NCBI GenBank assembly: GCA_963514005.1
Contig: OY740813.1
Coordinates: 8,928,001 to 8,992,000 of the forward strand
Source of the DNA: Raja brachyura
Taxonomy: Eukaryota
DNA: 64,000 bases
Reading direction: 5' to 3'
The position numbers and the translations under genes were made by a program. A model generated the notes under the pieces. It saw only the letters and a program-made list of their open reading frames with translations. It did not search any database and had not been told where the DNA came from. Positions 41,538 through 52,319 of the stretch are shown piece by piece; the stretch's first letter is position 1; every line of letters begins with the position of its first letter.

Positions 41538-42185
41538 TGGATCTTTTTATAATTATGTGCAGAATTTGTCATTATAATTTTAAACTCAATTCCACTAATC
41601 AGTCTAATGTTCTACTAGAAAGCAAACGTAACTAGTGAATTTGTCTTATGTTGGGGCAGGATATTATTATTTGCCCCTGGTTTGATCAAGGCTTCCTCAG
41701 GTTTATACAGGTGAAGTTCTAAGATGCATCATCAGTTATCTGGGTGCACAACGAGCCCTTATCCTGTTCAGTGTTGTCCACATGCTCCAGGGCATATTGA
41801 AGCTCAGTTGCCCAGGTGTTGAATAAGTTGGAAGGTATTTGTAAAGAGATTTTCTGGTGAAGCTTTCCTCCAGTTGTTGTGGAGCATGAAGTGCCCTCAA
41901 AAGGGTTTCTGAACCTGTGACATGTGTTCATCTGGCAGGTTCTTGAAGGTTGCTGTGAAAGGAAGGCCTGAATAGCTTTTTCTATGACTTGCGACATTGT
42001 TCATCTCATCTCATAGGAGACAACAACCTGGCTGCTCAACACCTGGCTTGAGATCCAACTATTCCTTTGGTTTATGTTTCATTCACAAGAGGAAGATAGG
42101 AGAGTGATATTTGAAAGAACTACTAATCACTGATCTGGAACTTATTTACATGCCTTATCTTTGGTGGTAGGGAGGGAAATTTAAT

Positions 42186-42409
42186 TGTTAAAGAAGGAAC
42201 TGCAGATGCTGGAGAATCGAGGGTTACACAAAAAGCTGGAGAAACTCAGCGGGTGCAGCAGCATCTAAGGAGCGAAGGAGATAGGCGACGTTTCGGGTCG
42301 AGACCCTTCTTCAGACTGAAGAAGGGTCTCGACCCGAAACGTCGCCTATCTCCTTCGCTCCTTAGATGCTGCTGCACCCGCTGAGTTTCTCCAGCTTTTT
42401 GTGTAACCC
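42186..42409. mobile_element. Fold-back PLE-end mini-element
   Basis: Perfect 94-bp inverted arms around A42315. TSD AGGGAAATTTAATTGT at 42173-42188 and 42410-42425, partly overlapping the element end. Confidence 0.9.
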
Positions 42410-43557
42410 AGGGAAATTTAATTGTAGTATTCAAAGGAAGCTGCATAAGAATCTGAAATAAAAAATAAAACTGCAAGGCTACATGAAGAGGTACAATGAA
42501 GTGACAATAGTTGGATAGTTCTTAATAAAGCCAGTACAAATGCCATGGAAATCTTTCCGTGCCATATTGATTCTGTAATTCTGTATCTTTCTACCTGGGT
42601 TTTCAACCCCCATTAGTTTTGAAGCAGCTGATCAAGTCACTGAGGACATCCAGTGTGATTGTGATAAAAGTTATATATTCCTTCCCTTCCATCCTGACCT
42701 CTGTTCTGCCCTTGACATGTTTGGCCATGTTGAATGCCCCTTGCTGGTTATCCAGCTGATCTCAGGGACATGCCCGGGCAAAGTCAAAGACAGATACTCA
42801 CCTACAATGGCTTCTCTTCCATTATCCATACTATTACCCCTGGTAACTCTTAAATAATCCATCCTTAATGCCCCTCCTATTTCCCATTCAGTGCTATTGC
42901 CTGGCAACATCATTTGAAGACAAAGTTTGCTAACATCCAGTTCTACTACACCACCACTTTGTTTGACCCAACATTATCTGACTGGCGCATTCAACACTCA
43001 TTGTGCACAGATTTCCTTTCATCCTATCACTATTTCTATTCCCAAACTACTGATTCCAGACAATTTCCTGGCAACTATCTGAAGTTTAACAAGATAGCTG
43101 AAGCTGCAAACCTTAGTGTCTTGTTTGACCCTGAGGTGAACTTTGGTTCACATAGCCTGATTATTATTAAAACCAACCATTTCCACATCTGACATCGCTG
43201 CCTCTATCCTTGCCTCAGCTCATCTGTTCTTGAAAGCTTCTCGTCTGCTTATCTTCTCTTTAGACTTGACTATTCTTGCATATTCCTGGTTAGCCTTGTT
43301 CATTATCTCCTCCATAACTTGATATTATTATGATTGCCTTGCCCTAGAAAACATTGCTTAGTTAAGCAAATTATTCAATTGTTTAATTATTAATCAGGTT
43401 TTGAAATATCTTCATAGCTCATTCCTCTTCAACTTGTGTACCTCTTCCTGACCTGCATCCATCAGAGGATATTCAAAAGGTACAATTTCTTGAATAACTA
43501 ACATTTTACTCACTCCACCATTCCACCATGAATTACTCCAGTGTTCCATAATTGCTC

Positions 43558-43790
43558 TGGCATGATGGTGCAACAATTGGTGCTGCTACTTCGCAGCTCC
43601 AGGGACATAGGTTCAATCCTGACCTCGGGTATTGTCTGTGAAGAAATTGCATGTTCTCTCTGCGCTCATGTGGATTTTCTTCACATGCTCTGGTTTCCTC
43701 TCTCCCCCTCTCCCCCTATCCAAAAACATTCTGGTAGGTTAATTAGCAACTGCAAATTACCATTTGGTGTAGGTTAAGGGCAGAAAAAAT
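43558..43790 (+). mobile_element. V-SINE, old copy
   Basis: B box GGTTCAATCC and a degenerate V-domain. Confidence 0.6.
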
Positions 43791-43973
43791 CAAGGGAGAA
43801 TTAATGGATTGGTGGGCTTGTATGGGAAATAGTCCATTGCAGGGGGATAGGGAAATGAGAAGAAGGAGAATTGGACTAATAGAACACCCTTCGGCTGACA
43901 ATATCTGTGCTGAACATGAGGACAAATTAAATTAATTGTCTGCCTACACTTGAACTAAATACCTTCTTCTTCG

Positions 43974-45221
43974 GACCTAGCGGAGTTGGTCCTTACCCTA
44001 AACAACTTCTCTTTTGACTCCTCCCATTTCCTCCAAACACAAGGCGTAGCTATGGGCACACGCATGGGCCCTAGCTACGCCTGCCTCTTTGTCGGGTACG
44101 TCGAACAATCTTTGTTCTCGGCGTACCAGGGCCCTACCCCCGACCTTTACCTCCGTTACATTGACGACTGCTTTGGTGTCACCTCCTGCACCCACGCAGA
44201 ACTGACTGACTTTATCCATTTCACCACCAACTTCCATCCGGCACTCAAATATACTTGGACCATTTCCGACATTTCCCTACCATTCCTTGACCTCACCATC
44301 TCTATTGCAGGTGACACACTCCTGACTGACATCCACTACAAACCAACTGACTCCCACAGCTACCTGGACTACTCTTCCTCCCACCCTGCTTCCTGTAAGG
44401 ACTCCATCCCCTATTCCCAATTCCTCCGACTACGCCGCATCTGCTCCCAGGATGACTTGTTCCACACCAGGTCATCGCAAATGTCCTCGTTCTTCAGAGA
44501 ACGGGGTTTCCCCTCCCCCACTATCGATGAGGCTCGCACCAGGGTCTCCTCCATACCCCGCAACACTGCCCTCTCTCCCCATTCCCCCACTCACAACAAG
44601 GGCCGAGTCCCCCTGGTCCTCACCTTTCACCCCACCAGCCAGCGCATACAACAGATAGTCCTCCGCCAGTTTCGCCACCTCCAACGTGACCCCTCCACTC
44701 GCCACATCTTCCCATCTCCCCCCCTGTCTGCCTTCCGCAAAGACCGCTCCCTCCGCAACTCCCTCGTCAATTCTTCCCTTCCCTCCCGCTCCACTCCTTC
44801 CCCGGGCACTTTCCCTTGCAACCGCAAGAGATGCTACACTTGTCCCTTCACCTCCCCCATCCACTCCTTTCAGGGACCCAAGCAGTCATTCCAAGTCCGA
44901 CAGAGGTTCACCTGCACCTCCTCCAACCTCGTCTACTGCATCCGTTGCTCCAGATGCCAGCTAATCTACATTGGTGAGACCAAGCGGAGGCTAGGCGATC
45001 GTTTCGCCGAACACCTCCGCTCGGTCCGCAATAACCAACCCGACCTCCCGGTGGCTCAGCACTTCAACTCCCCCTCCCACTCCGTATCCGACCTCTCTGT
45101 CCTGGGCCTCCTCCATGGCCAGAGTGAACAACACCGCAAGTTTGAGGAACAACATCTCATATTCCGCTTGGGGAGTTTGCATCCTCTGGGCTTAAACATT
45201 GAATTTTCTCAATTCTGTTAA
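43974..45221 (+). CDS. PLE reverse transcriptase (C-terminal part) plus GIY-YIG endonuclease; no genuine start codon
   Basis: GVAMGTRMGPSYA, YLRYIDD, LPFLD, Cys-rich linker CNRKRCYTC, and VYCIRCSRCQLIYIGETKR...RFAEH. The frame is open from the truncation point to the stop. Confidence 0.9.
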   Translation, partial: DLAELVLTLNNFSFDSSHFLQTQGVAMGTRMGPSYACLFVGYVEQSLFSAYQGPTPDLYLRYIDDCFGVTSCTHAELTDFIHFTTNFHPALKYTWTISDISLPFLDLTISIAGDTLLTDIHYKPTDSHSYLDYSSSHPASCKDSIPYSQFLRLRRICSQDDLFHTRSSQMSSFFRERGFPSPTIDEARTRVSSIPRNTALSPHSPTHNKGRVPLVLTFHPTSQRIQQIVLRQFRHLQRDPSTRHIFPSPPLSAFRKDRSLRNSLVNSSLPSRSTPSPGTFPCNRKRCYTCPFTSPIHSFQGPKQSFQVRQRFTCTSSNLVYCIRCSRCQLIYIGETKRRLGDRFAEHLRSVRNNQPDLPVAQHFNSPSHSVSDLSVLGLLHGQSEQHRKFEEQHLIFRLGSLHPLGLNIEFSQFC

Positions 45222-45450
45222 CCCAGACTGCTCCCTTCCCCCCCCCCCCCCACCTCTCCCTCGGGCCCTGACATTCCTTCTCCATCTCCCCCCCCCCCAA
45301 GTCGCACTAGCTTCTCATTTTCACACCAGAAACAGCTTACAATGGCTTGCTCCCTTATCACCAATACTTTTTTGCATATCTTTCACTCATTGTTCTTGCT
45401 TTATCTCTCCATATCACTGTTTATATCTCTCGTTTCCCTGATCCCTGACC

Positions 45451-45485
45451 AGTCTGAAGAAGGGTCTCGACCCGAAACGTCGCCT
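45451..45485 (+). ncRNA. Minimal type I hammerhead-like motif in the PLE pLTR
   Basis: CTGAAGA-A-GGGT(CTCG)ACCC-GAAAC-GTC. Stem III has no loop and is the palindrome ACGT, the arrangement of dimer-requiring PLE hammerheads. Stem I is weak. Confidence 0.65.
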
Positions 45486-45583
45486 ATCTCCTTCGCTCCT
45501 TAGATGCTGCTGCACCCGCTGAGTTTCTCCAGCTTTTTGTGTAACCCTCGATTCTCCAGCATCTGCAGTTCCTTCTTTAACAC

Positions 45584-45724
45584 CTTCTTCTTCTTCTTTT
45601 GTGTGGCGTGCACAGCCTAAAGTTGTTGGACAACTTGTTCCATTTGATCTTCCGTTTGTGCACGTCGAGTTGATTGCATTAGTCGAAACAGGGCGGACCA
45701 CGTGAAGGTTGCAATCTTCCACGC
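45584..45724 (-). mobile_element. HDV-like ribozyme-headed short retroelement, copy 2; its tail is interrupted by the Penelope insertion
   Basis: The reverse complement reads GCGTGGAAGATTGCAACCTTCACGTGGTCCGCCCTGTTTCGACTAATGCAATC...GTGCACGCCACACAAAAGAAGAAG. TSD AACTAAATAC(CTTC) at 43953-43966 and 45725-45738 encloses both this element and the PLE. Confidence 0.85.
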
Positions 45725-46394
45725 AACTAAATACCTTCATTCCTTGCATATCCATGTGCTTATTAAAAAACCTCTTAAATCCAAGTTGGTCCAACCTCTT
45801 TATGGGTAATACCATCTAATCCAGGCAGCATTCTGGTGAATCTCTTCTGCACTCTCTCCAAAGCATCCACATTCATCCTGCAAAACTGCAGATATCAATG
45901 CGATTGCCCCCTATAGACCAGTTGAGACCTATGTCGTTATACTTATTACTTAAGATGTCTTTGAATTGAATTGAATACTTTATTGTCACATGTGACAAGT
46001 TAGTGGAATTTTTTGCTTGCATAGCCAAGGTAGTCGCCCATAAAGGGTGCTTACAAAGTTACAAAATCTGGAAGCAAGAAATTTAAAATGAAACAAAATC
46101 CGCCTCCAAACTAGTTTCTCTGAATATTTTCCAATTGTGGAGATGATTTCTGATTATTTAACACGAGAACAGAAAAGTGTACTTTAATAAAATTTGGAAA
46201 AAATACAATAAATATTTTTTCTTCCAATTAAACTAGACGCTTTAAGTAATGAGTGTCAAATGTTATGAAGGGTTCTGATAAATGCTGGTTATTCTATTTG
46301 CGAGACTAATTTAGGAGTGAAGCTTTTCCTTGCTGAGCTGGTGCTCTGAGTTGCAGTGTAGCTATAGAAGGATTTTTTTTTTGCCTTCCCCAGC

Positions 46395-46565
46395 CTTGCG
46401 TCAGTTCAGCTTTCACAGTGGATTTAAACAGCAATGAGGAACCGCCTCGCTCCCATTGGTTCGATGCACACGGGGCGGGGCGGTGATGCTGTCTATCAGC
46501 TCACGATTCTGCAGTCTGAGTGGCCAGGGAAAATTGCAAATGACTCATTCATGCCATATAAATGC
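46395..46565 (+). promoter_or_regulatory. IER5L proximal promoter
   Basis: CRE-like TGCGTCA 46397-46403, reverse CCAAT (ATTGG) ~46455, tandem GC box GGGGCGGGGCGG ~46472-46483, AP-1 TGACTCA 46541-46547 and TATAAA 46557-46562, about 250 bp upstream of the ATG. Confidence 0.75.
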
Positions 46566-46642
46566 TGTGGCTTGCCCTAAACCTTCTTACTGCTCGCAGT
46601 GTCAGTGCAGGAAGAGGAGGGGAGGCGTATTGTGGGTTGGGA

Positions 46643-46669
46643 ACACACACACACACACACACACACACA
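46643..46669 (+). repeat. (AC)n microsatellite in the putative IER5L 5' UTR
   Basis: Read directly from the sequence; lies between the TATA box and the ATG. Confidence 0.9.
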
Positions 46670-46809
46670 GGCACTCAGAAAAAGGCGAAGGTGCTCTGCG
46701 AGCTCTGCTCCCCTCCCGCCCCAGTACAGGACTGGATTTTTGTTTGTGTGTGGGGGCAACTAACAAAAAGTGGCTTGTTCATTGAGTGGAGAACCAACGG
46801 CGGTCGGTC

Positions 46810-47661
46810 ATGATGGATTGTGCCGTCAATGCACAAAGCTTGATCACAATCTCTCTCCGCAAAATCCACAATTCGAGAACTCAGAGAGGAGGTATCAAGC
46901 TTCACAAGAACCTCCTGGTCTCCTATGTGCTCCGAAACGCCCGGCAAGTCTACATGAGCGAGAAGTACGCCGAGATCTACGGCATGCACCAGTACGAGGA
47001 GGTACACGACATGTTAGACATCTCGGGAGAGATCCAAGGCAATCACCCGCTCGAAGTGGTGGAAGAGATGGTGGAGGCAAACAGCGGCCAAGGGGAGAAC
47101 GTCTGCAGCCCGCTCGACCACCAGCCCGGCCACCTGCACACTCAACTCAGTAAGGACGCGGAACCTGAGCACCCTCTTTACCGGCTCTCTTGCTCGGCTT
47201 CGTACCCAGGCACGAACTATGAGCCGTCGGGAGGTGGTGGCGTTGGTGGGACCCACTGTACCAAGACCACAGTGCTGGATCTGGACACTCATACGGTCAC
47301 CACGGTGGACAACGGCTACCTCCAAGACTGCGCCTGTTGTTGCGCCAGCAGTCCCGGCGGCAGGAAGCGCAAGTCGGACTCTGGCAGTGGCTTTTACCCA
47401 AACGAAGCAGAAGACTTTTCTTCGCCGGTTAAGCGAGTCCGGTTCGAAGACTACTCTAGCTCCGGGCAAACCTTGGACTGCACGGACCCTTCCAACATCT
47501 CCAACCTTATCTCCATCTTCGGCTCTGGCTTCTCCGGCTTGGTGAGCCGGGCGGACTCGGAGCAGTTGCTTCAGTCAGAAGTCAAACAGAACGGGCAATT
47601 GTGCAGCAAACAGGCGCTCGCCAGTTTAGGGGCATGGACTAGAGCGATCGTGGCTTTCTGA
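46810..47661 (+). CDS. IER5L: Immediate early response 5-like protein (IER family), single exon, 283 aa
   Basis: The N-terminus MMDCAVNAQSLITISLRKIHNSRTQRGGIKLHKNLLVSYVLRNARQVY and the C-terminus SNLISIFGSGFSGL...KQALASLGAWTRAIVAF match the IER5L family. The central TTVLDLDTH motif and an RKRK NLS are present. The ORF track starts at a GTG (46786), but the first ATG is at 46810 (second at 46813). The region is CpG-rich. Confidence 0.93.
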   Translation: MMDCAVNAQSLITISLRKIHNSRTQRGGIKLHKNLLVSYVLRNARQVYMSEKYAEIYGMHQYEEVHDMLDISGEIQGNHPLEVVEEMVEANSGQGENVCSPLDHQPGHLHTQLSKDAEPEHPLYRLSCSASYPGTNYEPSGGGGVGGTHCTKTTVLDLDTHTVTTVDNGYLQDCACCCASSPGGRKRKSDSGSGFYPNEAEDFSSPVKRVRFEDYSSSGQTLDCTDPSNISNLISIFGSGFSGLVSRADSEQLLQSEVKQNGQLCSKQALASLGAWTRAIVAF

Positions 47662-48889
47662 GCGCTTTCCCCGGTGTGTGTGTGTATGTGTGTGCGCGAT
47701 GCGTGTGCTTGTGCTGTGTTTATTATTTTTATACTGTAACAGGCAGAACTAATCTGTACCACACTTCCAACTGGAGACAAATGTGTTTTTTTTTTGTTTT
47801 GGAGGTTCGGAACTTAAAAGCATAGCAACTTAAAAAGTCAATCATTTACAATGTAAGACTTGGAGGTCAGCACCCCCACGACCCCTCCCCCGGAAATTGG
47901 ATGATTGACTTGCGTGAATCTTTGATGGGGTTGGGGAGGTAGAATGAGGGTTTTTTTTTCCCCCCAGAGCTAAAAACGAGAAGCCACGGATTTTGAGTGC
48001 CACTTTTTTTCCAAACCAGCGCGAAATTGGTGTCGCTTTAAGAGGAGCGCGGTCCCTTTAAATGGTGTCAGACTCCCTGACGCCAGGGATCGTCGCCGTT
48101 GGGTTGAATGGGGGCGGGGGGAAGCTGGCGGCGTCACGTGACCCGGCCCTGCGCTTTTAAAGGAGACATGCACCGACTCTCCACAATGCGGAATTAAATT
48201 GATCTTGTGGCGCAACTTTTTCCCCCGAAAACGTCTCCTTTTAAAATTCAGCAGACTTCTAAACGTTTCCTAAATTTTAACTTTCTTATTTAGGATAACG
48301 CGACTTCAAATTGCATTAACTTCTCCTCCCTTTTGGGAGTGGTGGGGCCCATTGGCTCGCTATTGTTTTAAATGTTGATTTTCCTGCATTGGGAGCACTT
48401 TTTAAACGCTGTTTCTAAAATTATTTTCGTTCCGCGTTTTTTTTTAACGATGGCGAAACATCAACCAATTATAATTTGGAAAGATATTTACCCCTTTGTT
48501 AAAACTTTAACCCGCGCAATGTGAATCGCGAACAATTCGTCCAAAGTGTATTTGAAATTACATTAGTGGAAGACTTGTAATGTTGATTCTCCTGTGCGTT
48601 TGCTGCGAATTTTAAATGCAGAGCACTGAAACAGTGTAGTGATTTCTATTTTAAAGTCGATATTGCGCTGGTAACATCCCACCTAACATGGAAAAGTCAC
48701 CCGTCTGACACTGGTCTGCACAGTATTTTAACGCAGAATGATTTCCTACACGTTCCCACTCCCAAATTAAACTTTCATTTGGTTATATTCGGGGGCAGTA
48801 GTCATTGAAACGGCGCGAGGTGATGAACGCGGATTAAAACGCTACTTCAGACGAGCATTAGTCCAGATCAGGGTTGCAATTTTTATTTT

Positions 48890-48897
48890 TGTAAATA
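48890..48897 (+). promoter_or_regulatory. Pumilio response element (UGUAAAUA) in the IER5L 3' UTR
   Basis: Exact TGTAAATA directly after a U-rich TTTTTATTTT tract; it fits the UGUAHAUA consensus. Confidence 0.5.
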
Positions 48898-49247
48898 GAA
48901 CAGTTCTTTCCCCCACCCTCGATTAATCTGGTTCCAAAAGCTTTTCAACGTTTTGTTTTGTCGTCGAGCAGTTCAGCACAGTAAACCTTTTAACGTGAGC
49001 GTGCAGTTAAATGGTGAGGCTGTTAACAGTGTTTCCATTTTATGAATCGGTAAAACTGAACGAAATGTTACCCGATGCAAATTTTCTTGCCAAAGTTTGT
49101 TTGGCGAAGCCTTTTGTTGTAAAAAGGTGTTAAGGCTCAAAGTTTTTAATGAAACGTTTATAGCGTGTAACTGACCAGTTTTAATTTGGGAGGTTTCATT
49201 TGTCAACATCATCTCTACTGTGTTTGTATCTGTACTTTTGTGCTTTT

Positions 49248-49253
49248 AATAAA
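49248..49253 (+). terminator. Probable polyadenylation signal of IER5L
   Basis: AATAAA preceded by a U-rich tract containing TGTA motifs, close to where the CpG-containing, repeat-free 3' UTR-like segment ends. Confidence 0.65.
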
Positions 49254-49804
49254 CAGTATATCATTACCTGCTTGAACGGTTGATCCTTTTAGTGCACAAC
49301 TACTTTAAAGAATCTTGAGTTCCTTTCAAACTTGTGTCAATTCCCCAGCCGTGCGTTTGCAAAGTGTGCGCTTTTTGCTTTACATCCTAGTTTCGCTGTG
49401 CTGCGTCTTAAAAGGTTACATTGAGAACCGGTGTACATTGAGTTTAAAAGATTAAGGGAGGGTAGGGTTCTGATTGAGATCTTGAGTGAAATTTGTGTTG
49501 ACAAATTTACTTGGTGGGATCAAGGCGACTAAATGTGAGATTTGGAATCTCTTTGCACCACCTGAAGTCTGGGGTCAGTTAAGTGATTTCTGTCTGGCAC
49601 GGAGGAGTGAGTAGTCGAGATCACGTTGGCTGAGCAGAATGAGCCTTGTTCCCATGGTGATGAATGCTCAAGGTGGGAGAGTGCATCTTGCTGGTGGTTT
49701 TCCCATGCAACTGCTCCCCTGACCATCTGAGTCACTTAAGACTAATGTCACTTTATATTGTATCAAGTGGAAAAGTTGAGCAAAAACGTTGTAGTATGTT
49801 TAGG

Positions 49805-50085
49805 TTAGCAGTGGTGCAACTGATAAAGCTGCTGCCTTAGCACGAGACACCCAGGTTCGATCTTGACTTTGGGTGCTCTCTGTGGACCATGCACGTATTC
49901 TGTGCCCCTATGACCTGGTGTGTTTCCTCTAGGTGCTCTGGTTTGCTGTCACATCCCAAAAGCATGAGGTATGTAGGCCTCTGTAAAATCCTACTGTGGG
50001 AGTGGATGAGAAAGTGAGATAACACGGCACTATGGAACAGCTGATTAATAGTCAGCGTGGACTGAAGGGCCTGTTTCCTAAATTT
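49805..50085 (+). mobile_element. V-SINE
   Basis: B box GGTTCGATCT, V-domain and GAAGGGCCTGTTTCC end. Confidence 0.7.
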
Positions 50086-52319
50086 AACTGGTCTGTTACT
50101 CTTTCAAGCTTGCTTGCTCAAATTTTCTTAAACCTCCAAGCTTGCCAAGGATGATGTAAACCATTCTGGTCCTAACATTTTTCCTCCATCCTTTAAATTG
50201 TTTCCTGATGTTGGGTTTCTGATCCCACCAAAATAACAGTCCACTTGGCTGAATCTTGACACTTTAATGCTTGCAATCAAATGGTTATGGTTCTACTTGG
50301 TGAATTTGTATGGGGAAATTGTCATTCTTAAAGCTTATGGATCTCATCTGATCAGGTGGAACCTGGCTGCTGAAACTATTTCCCAAGCTTGGGAACAGTC
50401 TGGTTTCTTGCCGCCTTCCAGTGGGCCCCAATGGAATGTTACTGTAATTGGACAATGATATTCTGAGTAATTCACTCGGGAAGGTGGTTATATGGAAGGA
50501 TCTATCAGTCGAGGCAGCTACTGCAGCACTTTAAAGCTATTTGAAAAGGTGTGAAAATGAATGGAAAGGCTTAGAGGTATATGGGCCACACATAGACAAA
50601 TGGGATTATCTTGGATGAGGCATCTTGAACAGCTGGAAGGAGCTGAGCTGAAGACTGTGTAGGATAGTACTGCAGATGCTAGTTATACACCGAAGATAGA
50701 TACAAAATGCTGGAGTAACCCATCGAGACGGTCAGCATCTCTGGAGAGAAGGAATGGGTGATGTTTTGGGTCAAGACCCTTTAGACTGAGAAGCTGGGCT
50801 AAAGGGCCCATTTCCATACACTCTAATGCATTTTCAGTTTGGCACCTCTTTAGGCTTGGGGTGCAAACTCGTGAAAGCTCCGTGATTGCACAAATTTGGA
50901 ACTATTAGGGTTGGGCAGCAGATGGAGCAGTAAATAGTTTCAAACTTCCTAGAATTAGGTTTCATTGTTGCTCACTGCCAGCCCTGGTCTGGGGCTCAGT
51001 GCCACACTAGGAACAAGCACCTACAAACATGCTTTCTCTTTGAATATCAACACCTCCACATTATGGGATTTTCTAAACCAATAATATGTTAAGCTTGCTG
51101 CATAAAGCTCTCCAATTTTCCACATGGCATTACAATTTTGAAAAGTCAAACTGGCAAAAAGAAATGTAGCAAATGAGCAAACTTAAATGGGGGAGGGGGG
51201 AAATGCATGTAAGCAATTGATAATGTTATTGTACTACAATATTTTCTATGAAAGGTTCCTAATCTAGACCAGACAACTTTTGAAACTCAAGTTCACGAAG
51301 ATGGTTTTGTGTAGATGATTAGAATGACTTGGGGTAAATACAGAAACTATTCAATTTGGAATCCAGAACTGGAGGAAAGTAGGAAAATATAGCTATGCCG
51401 TTCAAGAGGAAAAGTGGGAAGTGTTTGCAAATAATGATTTGGAACTTTGTTCAAAACTGCAGCCTGGGATCAGTTGTCTAAATGGAGTATTGGGCTTGCT
51501 TCTGGACTGTCCATTTCTAGTCCTGCATTTTTTTAACTAAAATCGTTTTAACCTTAGCAGTCTGCTTTTGTAAACACAAGAATGAACTTGGTTATAACTC
51601 TATCTTTGACTTTTCAAATGTGCGGTATTCAATGAATTTATCTCTAAAGATGATATTTTTGGATAAAGGTCTATAGTTCAATTTTGTGTGGTATTGGAGA
51701 TGTATTCCAAACTTTAGACAATGTGATTGTGCTGTTGGCTAAAATAAGCTGATAGAGATGAGATCAATTAGATTATAGCTGGTCTCTTCATAACTGCCAT
51801 CTTTGCTAAATAAGTCTCTTGACTTCAATTTATTGCCAGGTTCAAATCATATTGGGGGCAGATTTGTATACTGATCCTTTGGACTGAATAATACTACTGG
51901 ATGTTGCTCATGAATGAGCTAACTCTTAGTTCATGATACATTTTCTTCATTGACCCAGTTTAGGAAATTATTTCTCTTCAACATTAACTTTTTAACATAG
52001 AGACATTTTAATTTTACAAACTCATGGATTAAATCTTTAGTTGAACCTACTTTGCTGCAGTAGCATTCCAGTGAATCTGACACTGCAACCACATAAAAAT
52101 CACTGCAACAACTTGGTTTTTAAGTGTAGGTGAGCTTTAATCTAGAGTTTTAACTTGACTTTAGGTAGGTGAGGACTTGAGGGCAACATTGCTTTGCCAA
52201 GGGGACATGGGGAATGCTATATACTCTAATTGATAGAGACATGACTTCAGCCCCAGCTCAAGACTTGACCCTCCAGACCACAGAGTTGTCCATCACAAGA
52301 ACTGAATGATGTTTGAATG

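Larger units (their letters stand above)
43973..45583 (+). mobile_element. Penelope-like element (Neptune type), 5'-truncated, recent
   Basis: RT+GIY-YIG ORF followed by a 3' pLTR with a hammerhead-like core. 10-bp TSD CTTCTTCTTC at 43963-43972 and 45584-45593. Confidence 0.92.

Noticed and set aside
46553-46564. CArG/SRF box overlapping the TATA box
   Set aside because: CCATATAAAT does not fit CC(A/T)6GG, so it is read as a TATA box only.
46786-46809. N-terminal extension MENQRRSV of IER5L
   Set aside because: It depends on a GTG start, and family homology begins at the ATG at 46810/46813.
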